From Piromyces finnis finn (Eukaryota > Fungi > Neocallimastigomycota): a DNA stretch of 64,000 bases. The notes beneath the pieces are model-generated. The model searched no databases and had not been told where the DNA came from. It worked only from the letters and a program-made list of their open reading frames with translations. The stretch is taken from the NCBI GenBank assembly GCA_002104945.1, contig MCFH01000009.1:806001-870000 (forward strand), written 5' to 3'. The stretch's first letter is position 1. Each line of letters starts with the position of its first letter. Positions 53,498 to 64,000 of this stretch are shown here, one piece after another. The translations under genes were made by a program, and so were the position numbers.

Positions 53498-54105
53498 ATG
53501 AGTAGTCAAGAAGCTTTAAAACGTTTTGAATTGGAAAATAATATTAAAACCACCAATGCTATGCAAGATTCAATATATCGTTATAATAAAGAAGAACAAA
53601 AAAAAATAAATGATGAAAAACCTTGGAAAGAAGAGTATGCTATTTTAATATAATAAATAAATAATGTTATATTTTTTATTTTGAAATTTCTATCAAATAA
53701 AAAATACTTTAAAAGATATATTGTAAAGAAGTTTTTCATTATTATCTTTACAAAGTAATTTTAAATTTTGTTTAATTGTTCAATTAAAATTTGGATATCG
53801 TATTTCATTCTTAAAGATCTATATATAATTTTTAATATACTAATTTTTTTATTTTTGTTTTATTCAATATTCAATCTATTATATATTTATATTTAATAAT
53901 TATTTTTTTTTTTTTTACGAAATGTTTTCTACAATAAATATCTTTTATACTACTTATACAAATGGATAACGAAAAAAACCGATATTATAATTATAAAATA
54001 ACAAATTTCTTATATATTATTTAAAAATGAAATTTCAGTGTATACTACTTTAAGAAAATTCGAATTTCAGCCATTGCCTTAATCAAAATGGTATTTGAAA
54101 TATAA

Positions 54106-54143
<38 letters not shown>

Positions 54144-55886
54144 GATATAGAAATATAGAAATATAGAAAGCAAGGAATAAACAATAACAAAATTCCAAAT
54201 TTCAAAATTTCAAAATCACAAAATTTCAATTTTAATAATTATTAATAATTATTATATTATATTATTTTTATAATCAAATAACAAATACACGTTTGCGATT
54301 TGTAACAAAAATTATTTTATTATAATAATAATAATAAATAAATAAATGATGAAAATCACAAAGGTTATGCATGCAAGATCTGGTGATGGTCTTGAAATTA
54401 TGGGACTTATGCAAGGTAAAATTGTTGGTAATGAAATGATTGTTATGGATTCATTTGCCTTACCTGTTGAAGGTACAGAAACTCGTGTTAATGCTCAAGC
54501 TGAAGGTTATGAATATATGGTTGAATATAATGAAAAAAGTAAACAGGTAATATTAAGAATATAAATAGAATAATTTACTCTAAATAATAGATAGTAATTT
54601 ACATATATATCATATATATTAAAAAGGTTGGCCGTATGGAAAATGTTATAGGGTGGTATCATAGCCATCCAGGTTATGGTTGTTGGCTTTCTGGTATTGA
54701 TGTTAGTACTCAAATGTTAAATCAAAAATATCAAGAACCTTTTGTTGCTGTTGTAGTATGTATTTCATTGAATAGAATTAAGAAAATAATAATCATAATT
54801 TTAATTAAAAAAAAAAAAAAAGGGTTATATGTATATCTTAACAAATTCATTCTATAAATTATTAATACTTAATCATTGACTAAAACAAATAAAAAATAGA
54901 TTGATCCAAATAGAACAATGTCAGCAGGAAAGGTTGAAATTGGTGCTTTTAGAACATTCCCAGAAGTAATAAAAATAAAATAAAATAAAAACATATTTCA
55001 TAAATGACAAAGTAAAAATTATATATTTATATTTCTAAATATTTATTTTGTCTTTAGGACTATATTCCAGATGATAAACCTTCTGAATATCAAACTATTC
55101 CATTAAATAAAATTGAAGACTTTGGTATTCATTGTAAAAGGTAAATTATTTTTATTTAATCATCTATATAATATCCTTTTTATAATATACCTATTAATTC
55201 TATTTTTATTTTTCTATAATACTAATAAAAAAAAAAAAAAAGATATTATTCATTAGAAATTAGTTACTTTAAATCAGAACTTGATACAAATTTATTAGCA
55301 TCATTATGGAATAAATATTGGATTAATACTCTATCTTCTTCATCATTACTTACAGTAACTATTTTTTTTTTTTGTTTGTTTGTTTGTTTGTTTGTTTTAT
55401 TTTTTTTTTTATTATTATTATTTAGTCTTTTATTATTATAAATTAATAAATTATTCTATTGATTTTATTTAAACATTTTTTCATTAGTTTTCTAATTTTT
55501 CTTTTATATATATATTATCTAATCTTTCTTCACATTCATTGATATTAACTATAATGTATAATGTATAGAATCGTGCATACAATGCTTTACAAATATCGGA
55601 TTTAGCAGATAAAATTGAACAAGATGAATTATATATAATGAATCGTGAAAGACAAATTGAACAAGAAGAAACATCCCAAACAGATTCACTTCAAAAAATT
55701 TCTCAAGATAGGTAACAATTCCCAAACATAATAAAAATATATTTTATATTTAAAAAAGTTAATATATTTAAAAAAAATTTTTTTTCTTCTTTTTTTTTAA
55801 TCTCTTCTAGTTCAAAAATTGCTATTGAAGTTACCCATGGTTTATTAACACAAGTATTAAAAGACATTATATTTAACAAACATTAA
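53498..55886 (+). CDS. CSN5: COP9 signalosome subunit 5 (JAMM/MPN+ deneddylase), multi-exon
   Basis: [42 protein letters not shown]...[13 protein letters not shown], intact [21 protein letters not shown], and [18 protein letters not shown]...[17 protein letters not shown]. Confidence 0.97.
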
Positions 55887-56550
55887 AAAATAATAATAAT
55901 TTGTAAATAAGTATAAACAAAAAAAAAAAAAATTAAAAAATACTATTTTTCATCAAGCACTAATTTTTAAATAATAACAAGAATAATTATCAAAATAGTC
56001 ATTATATAATATAATTAATAATCAATAAATATATAATTATCTAAATAATAATCATAATATTATTATTGTAACAATTACTGCACTCTATATAAAATAATTA
56101 AATTTTTTTATATTTTAAAGGGTATTATTATTATTATTATTATACACTGATTTGCGTTGTCTTTAAAGATTATACTCCACTATGGATTGAACTACTATTT
56201 ATATATATATATATTTATTGTTTTTTAATATTATGAATTTAAATATTTTATAATTTTTAAATATCTTTATGAATTATTTAATAATATAAAATATATTAAC
56301 AATAATGTTTTATAAAATTTTCCTATTAATATTGATTTTTCTTTTTCACAATAATTTATTATTGCTTTTTTTTTTTCTTTCCTTTTTTTTTTTTTTTTTT
56401 TTTTTTTTTTGGTTGCTTTGGTTGCTTGGTTTAGTTTTCAGTATATTGTATTTAAATTGTAAAAAAAAAAGAAAAATAATTTAAAAAATATCAGCTCTAT
56501 ATAAAAGTATATAAAGCACATTCAATTTTTTTTATAAGCTTCTAATCTAT

Positions 56551-57685
56551 TTAAAAAGTAGAACCTTCTGGTGGTTGTGGTAATTTTCTACCTTGATTAG
56601 CCATTTCACTTTTAATTTTAATTATATAATAATGATATAATATTATTTACATAAGAAACACAAAATACATATACATATAATATTGTCTAAATTTATTTAA
56701 TTTCAATAATTTACCTGCGAAGTTCAGATAAAACATGTTCAATAGTATATTGGCGTTTCCAGTTACTTAAGCAATGTAATTTTTCAACCTTTTAATATTT
56801 ATTATATTAATATAATATATCAAATGTGGAAATTATTAATTAACTTTTAAAAATTGAATATTAAGTAATTATCAATAGTAAATATATACCTTTCCATTAT
56901 GTTGGTTAACAGATGGAATATTGATTTTTGAAATGAATTGAACACTTGGAGCCTTGTCTGGGTAATCCATATCACAGAAAATTTTTAAAGAGTAAATTCT
57001 GTTTTCATGAACAGACTTTTGTTAATAGGTTGAATTAATAAAAAATTAAAACATTAGATTTTTCCTATTCCAACCTTTTTAAAATATATATGTATTTATT
57101 TTTATTATAATAATAAATTAGCTTACAAATGGTGGACCAATGATAGTTCCATTCCATTTAGATAATAACATATCTTCACCATCTTCAAGACCATAACTTA
57201 AGGAACCATCACCGATACCCTTTTCACCCTTTTTATTGTAATAAAATTTAAATAAAAAAAAAAAATGTTTAATAAAGAATTACTAAATTACAAGTAAATT
57301 ATATTTATAAAATCATTTATTACCTTTTCTAATTCTTCCAAAAGTCTGAAATTACGTGGAACTATTGTTTAAAAAATTATATTATATAACATATATTTAT
57401 TAAGATTGTAAATTAAAATATATATATTAAAACTGATTTAAATATATTGAATAATAAAAGTATTATATTTCATTTATTAATACTATATTTTTTGATGGAT
57501 CAACTATTCCTTTTTTAATTATTATCAATTGTTATTGTCAATACTTTTAAATTTAATAATATATTCCAAAAGTATTGTTTGTAATTATATTGATAATAGT
57601 ATCTATTTATTATTCATTTAAATATATACTAATACATATAAATTTATTTAATTAATAACATAATGTTTCAATTACCTTTGGCCAT
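56551..57685 (-). CDS. MMS2: Ubiquitin-conjugating enzyme E2 variant (Mms2/UEV1), multi-exon; absent from the ORF track
   Basis: Spliced protein [135 protein letters not shown]. Confidence 0.97.
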
Positions 57686-59456
57686 ACTTTTAATTTATTT
57701 TATGTTTTTTTTTTTAATAAAATAAAAATTTTAAACATAAATAATTAAGAGTTAAAATTATTTTATATATTAAAAAAAAAATTAATTAATTCTAAAAAAT
57801 GCTAATAAAATATAATTTAAGAAAATAACCTAATCTTTCATTATGTGTAGCATTACCTAAAATCTTGTATCCTTCATAATAACTTAACCATATTTTTGAG
57901 AGAAAAACTAATACAAACTATTTTTGAGAAAAAAAAAAGTGAGGAAGAGTATAATATATGTAATATATAAATATATATAAACATTGTTTAAGAAAAAATT
58001 CTTTACTAAAAAGAAAAAAAAAAAAAAGAAAACTATATTCTATTGTTATAATATTCATTATATACTTGTTGATTATTTTATTAAATAAAAAAATGTGTTT
58101 TGAATTGCTTTTCAAGTAAGATTGTTAATATTTTATTCTATTCACGTCATTCTTTTATTAATAACTTCAGACACATAAATAAACAATAACAAACACAACA
58201 CTATTATGTTAAAATATACATAGATGATACTATGATACTGAAAATACTATAAAATAAATTTTATTATCTTATTAATATAAACTTTTTTTTTTTTTTAATA
58301 AAAGTAATATAATACTCTTTTATACAAATAAAATAATATTATAAATATAAACAATAAATACATTAATGGCTAAAAATGAACTACTAACATTTAAATATAC
58401 TTATTCTTAATAATAATTCTATAAATTATTTATATATCGATCCATCCATAAATATCCATAAATGTTGTACATAAAATTTAATATGAAAAGACTGCTGCCA
58501 TTAAAATTTTTACAGCTATTATTCTACATTTTACATTGTAAATAATGTAATTAATAGTTTTTTTCATTTCTATATTCCACATCGTTAGACGATTTAATCC
58601 ACTGTATTAAATAATAACATAATAATATAATAGATTTAAGCTAGTTATCAGTTATTTAATAGTTTCATAATCTTAACAAGTAAAAAAAAAAACAAAAAAC
58701 AAAAAACAAAATAATAGAAAAAACTAGGTATTTTATTAACATACAAAGAAATAAATTAATTTTTTTAAAGAAATTTAAAAAATATTTTAAAGTTTATTTT
58801 AAAAAATAATATTAAAAATATTTTGTGTGTCGTTTATTTATTTATTTATTTTTCATTTTTTTAATTTTTCGTTTATCTTTTTTTTTTTTTAAAATTTAAA
58901 AATTAAACCAATATCAAAATTTGTTATTATTAATATTTATGAAAAGTAGAGAATTATAAAAAAAAAAAAGTAAAGATATATTTATTAAATAAATAAATAA
59001 ATATAAACAATAATAATAAATAATAAAGAAACACAAAGAACTATCTTGGAAAATATATTCTTTAAAAAGTAAATATGCCATTCATTATTCACTATTCTGT
59101 TGTATATTTAAAAATATAACATCAATTATTATTTTATTAAATATCATTCAATTGTGGTGGTGTAAACATATATTAATAATATATATGTAAAAAGTATAAA
59201 AGAAAATGAATACAAGACAAAACAATATATATTTAAAAATGTTAATTATTATTATGAATTAAAAAACATTAACATTTATTTTATATGTTTTTTTTATAAA
59301 TAAAAACATTTTTTATATATTGAATTTTAATGAAAATGCTTATACTAATTTGTTTATACATATATATATAATTTGTTTTTATTGTAGACAAGATATATAA
59401 AAATATAAAAAAATAAATAAAAGAAATTAATATATATTAGCTTAATAATTATAAAC

Positions 59457-61328
59457 ATGAATGAAACAAATAATACTCCAGAATTAGTTCAGAACACTGT
59501 TGATTCTGTAGATATAGATAATGCCTCAACAGTATTAAATCCTGGCATTGACAAAAAAATTGATTCTGAAAATCCAAAGGAAAATGAAGATATAAATAGT
59601 CCATTAGAATCAGAAACACAACCAAAAACAGTAAGAATTCCACTTACCATCCGTTGTCCATTCACAACAACTGATTTAAATATTTATATTGACCCATCAA
59701 GTACTGTTGCACATCTAAAAAGAAAGATTTGTAAAGAATTTCCAAGCAATCCAAAACCTTCAGATCAGCGTTTAATTTTTGGTGGAAGAATTATTCTAAA
59801 CAATGAAATTCTTTCTGATGTTTTAAAAAGGGTAATTTATAAACATTTATTTATTATATTAATATAGTATATCATTGAATTTGTAATAAATGTCATTTTG
59901 TATGTTATATATTTATTATAATATAATAGCAAATGTGTGATTTATCAACCCCACCAACTATTCATCTCATTATAAATTCACTTGCTTTACAAAATGCTAA
60001 ATCTGCTAAACAACCAAGTAATCATACCAATTCTGAAAATGTCAGTGCTGTTACTTCTCCATCATCTAATACTCAAGTTTCTTCAGAAGAATTAAAGCAA
60101 AACTTAAATGAGTCATCTGCTAGTGACTCAAACCTAGCATCACCAAATGTTATTAATTCTGATGTTAAAGAAACTGAAGCTCAATCTGCACCAACAGAAG
60201 CAAATCCAACTAACATACCTATTGCTACACCTGAAGCAAATGTCATGAATTTAAAAGTTACTGAACCAAGCACATCTACAGCATCAGAGGTTAATACTGA
60301 TTTAAGTACAGATAAGACAACCACAACTGCTACAGTTAATTCAGATGCTATTCAATATGTATTAATTAAGTAAGTTTTCAATTATACAAGATTATTTTCA
60401 TTACAATTAAATTTATATATTAAGTAATAATATATTTTGAATATTATATCAATAAATAAATGAAATGCATTTTATTTATTTTATCAATCTATCCTTAATT
60501 TTATATTCCTAAAAAAGTAATATTATTTATGCCGTTCAGGTTGCGCCATCATTAACTATACCCATTAATAATCAACCATCATTAATGACATCCAATGATA
60601 TAGATAATAATACAATAAATAGAGAAGAGAATAATGCTAATGGCGATAACAACAACAACAACAATAATGATCAAGCAGAAGCAGAAAATGCTCAACAGAA
60701 TGTTATTAATCAAATATTAAATGATAATGATCAACAACAACGTCAACAACCAAATCAATTTTTCTTACTTGTTCGTTTAGCTTTCATTGTTTATTTACTT
60801 ACACAAGGTGGCGGTTATATTAGAATGTGTATTGTTTCATTAATTGCCATCATTATATTTTTGGTTCAAACTGGTAGAATAAGAGTTACTGTTATTAATT
60901 ACAGAAGTACGTTATTAATTATACTTTTAATTATTTATCTATAACACAAAGATATGAACATTTCTTAATATATTTTTTTATATTATATATTATATATTAT
61001 ATAAAAAGATCTTCAAGGTAATGGAAATGGATTAAATGCTAACCAGAATAATGGAAACAACAACAACAACAACAACGATAACAATAATAACAACAACGAT
61101 AATAATAACAATAACAATAATAATGAAAATAACAATAGAAATATTGAAAATGAAATAGGAGAAAATGAACCATTATTAAATAATGAAAATAATAATGAAA
61201 ACAACAACAACAACAACAATAATAACCCAGAAAATGAAGTACGACAATATACATTATTTCAAAACTGTAGAAGAGTATTTTTTGCTTTCTTTTTATCATT
61301 AATACCGTTTATTCAAGATATTGCATAA
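59457..61328 (+). CDS. Ubiquitin-like-domain membrane protein (HERP/Usa1-like ERAD factor), multi-exon
   Basis: UBL domain IPLTIRCPF...STVAHLKRKICKEFPSNPKPSDQRLIFGGRII...PTIHLII, followed by QYVLI, a TM region FFLLVRLAFIVYLLTQGGG...LIAIIIFLVQTG, and C-terminal FFAFFLSLIP, as in HERPUD-type proteins. Confidence 0.75.
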
Positions 61329-61911
61329 ATAAAAATGGATATAATTAATTTTTTATAAATATAAATCTTTTATAAACTTTTTTGAATTAAAATATAAACT
61401 TTAATAATACACTAAAAATCTAGTAAAATAAATGAATAAAAAAAGTATAAATGAGAAAATAGAAAAATAAATAAAAATAAAAAAAAGTAAAAACAAAAAA
61501 ATAATACAATAAATAGCAATTTAAAATAAAAATAAAAATAAAAATATATATTATGTAAAAAAAAAAAAAAAAGAAAAATTCATAAATATAAAATTTAATA
61601 TTTTGAGTTATTAGGTATTAAGAAAGAAGCTAATATTTTTTTTCAAAATAATAATAATAATAATAATAATAATAAAGAAAAATAAAAAAACAAATAAAAA
61701 TATTATATAATTTAAGATTAATAACTTTCTTTTTTTTTTTTTTTTTGTTCATAACTCATAATCTACATGAATTTTGATTTTTAAAGGATGGAAAGAGTTA
61801 TGTGCCTTTTATTATTTATTATATATATGTATATAAATTTTAGAAAATATTATAATATCATTGAAATTACATTTGATTAATTGTATTTTAATACAATTAT
61901 ATATTTAAATC

Positions 61912-61948
<37 letters not shown>

Positions 61949-62732
61949 GAAAAGTGTAATAATATTATAGTAATTATAGTAGCAATTACATTTGAATTTG
62001 ATAAATTATGTTTTAATATATATTCTTATTTAAAACATTTTTTATTACTACTATAAGTCTTAAAGAAGATTTTAAGCAAAGGCATAATGAAAAAAAAAAA
62101 ACAACAACAACCTTATTTTGTTTTTAATAACTAAATAGTGGATGAAATTATTTTTGAAATCATTTTTCATTTTGGTTAATTTTAGATTTTAAATTAATTT
62201 GTCAACTTTAATTAATAAATTTTTAATTAATAGTTTTCCGAAAATTTTAATAAAAAGACTTCAATTTTTTTTTTTAAAATACTTTAATTATATTTTTATC
62301 TTTTTATCTTTTATTATTTTTATAAAATTTTTAGTAGAAAAAGGAATATTTGCATGTTATTTAGCATAGAATATTAAGAAGCAATAATAATAACAACAAC
62401 AGCAACAATAATAAAAGAAATTAAATAATAATTTAAATTATATTTGAAAAGGAAAATAAATTTGGCAAAAAGAATTATTTAAAGTTACTATACATTATTT
62501 GTAATACCAAATTTATATAATTTAATTTATAATTATTATTTTAATCTTTATTATTATTATATAACCAATCTATGTATATATATTCTTAATTTCATTTATA
62601 TTAAAATAATTGATAAAAAAAAAAAAAAAAAAAAATTAAAATCAACGTTATTTAGTTATATGTTAATAAAAAAGATTCAAAACTATCTATAAGTCAATAA
62701 ATTATATTATTATATATTATTATATATGAAAA

Positions 62733-64000
62733 ATGTATAAACTAGAAGGTGAAAATAATAATGAACTTTCAAAAGCAAATTTTGAAGAGAAAAAGGAAGA
62801 TATTAAAGAAGATATAATTGAAGAAATAACAGAAGCTGTAACAAAAGAAAAAACTCAAAAAACAAATATATTTACTTCCGAGTTTCATAGTAATACAGAA
62901 ACAATAATTAAAAGTACAGTAGAAACAATACAACAATTTACTAATGGTAAACCATGATATATTTTATTTCATATATAAAGTATCATTAATATAATTAAAA
63001 ATTAAAATTTAATTTATTTATTATGATATTATTAATGAAAACTTTATTATTAATAGGAACAAATGTATATAGTGAAAATAGTAATGCACAAAAAATTACT
63101 AAAACAATAATTAGTAATAGAATAACAACCAATAATAATAATTATCTTACAAATTCACAAACTGATATATTAGAATTTAAAAGTAATAATAATGATCAAG
63201 GTTTTATAATCGATAATACAAATTCCTCATTACCTAGTTCTATAGTGGAAATTAAAAAAGTGCCAAAATCGTCAAGTCGGTTTTCAAGTTCTCAGGGATC
63301 GGTTCATTTGAGACAATCAGGTTCAATAGAGAACCAAATTACAAATGCTTTAGTAAATGAAGATTCAAAAAATAATATAGATAATGAAATTGATGAGACT
63401 AACAATAATTTTAATTCAGATGAAGCAAAGGATGTTATCGAAGAAAAAATCGAGGCTGTTAATACAGTGGATGATATTATATTATTTGATCAACAACACT
63501 CAAAGACATTAAAAGGTAGTTATTCAATGCCGAAGTTAAATGAAAATCAAATTATAGATGAAGATTTTGCAAAGTTAAACAACCGATCAAAGTCATCTCA
63601 AAGTTTCTTTAAATCTCAAAAAATCAATAATTCAAGTAATGACAATAGTATCATTATTATAGATAATGATAATACTAATTCTATGATAATTAGCAATAGT
63701 GGCAATCCTATAAATACTAACAAAAGTACAAATGATATTATAAACGTTGAAAATACTACTCTATTCTCTAAAGATACCAAAACTCCAAATAATGATAATA
63801 TTAATGAAATCTGTAAAAGTAATAGAAATAGTAAAAATGATATTAATGATGAGGATAATGAAGATTTTAATATTATTAGTAATAAAAATAAAAATAATCC
63901 CGAAACTTATCCGAAATCAGCCTCTCAAAAAATATTAACTTTATCTGATCTTTCCTTAAATTCTAGTTACGCAAAAATTAAGAGTTTTTCAGATACAAAT
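62733..64000 (+). CDS. 5' part of a low-complexity (N/S/E/K-rich) hypothetical protein; runs off the right edge
   Basis: Exon 62733-62947 (GTAAAC donor), intron, acceptor TAG at about 63056, then a frame open to the window end (TNVYSENSNAQ...SSRFSSSQGSVHLRQSGS...). Confidence 0.65.

Noticed and set aside
8426-61299. Short antisense or alternate-frame ORFs in the track (e.g. 8426..8635, 9769..9984, 10122..10433, 15727..15918, 24307..24549, 26349..26555, 44158..44839, 51629..51874, 54507..54713, 57918..58115, 61013..61299)
   Set aside because: These are shadows of real exons or microsatellites (poly-Leu, Ile, Phe or Cys composition), or AT-rich chance frames.
53498-61328. Functional cluster of ubiquitin-system genes (CSN5, MMS2, HERP-like)
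   Set aside because: They act in different pathways and the category is large. There are no shared regulatory motifs, so adjacency is probably incidental without synteny data.

Overview
Extremely AT-rich, intron-rich eukaryotic DNA with short GT-AG introns and many poly-A/T and (AAT)n tracts. The composition and gene content fit an anaerobic gut fungus (Neocallimastigomycota); this is an inference from the sequence alone. Most of the window is ordinary housekeeping genes: NOC1/MAK21, a Qc-SNARE, HEATR5/LAA1, NPR3, TFIIA large subunit, a RhoGAP-domain gene, an F-box gene, a histidine phosphatase, a CCCH/CHY zinc-finger gene, CSN5, MMS2 and a HERP-like UBL gene. Four things stand out. (1) A five-exon, organelle-targeted complex II membrane anchor (SDH3/SdhC), not resolved by the ORF track, whose axial heme histidine appears replaced by Tyr. 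(2) A ~510-bp GC-rich, non-coding, base-pairing-rich island at 42.8-43.3 kb that looks like an unannotated structured RNA, with telomerase RNA as one testable candidate. (3) A decayed ~5.5-kb LINE with a ~720-bp nested insertion carrying an intronless, secreted, Cys-rich orphan ORF on the opposite strand. (4) An intronless 890-aa orphan ORF. Exon boundaries were read by eye and no database searches were run.
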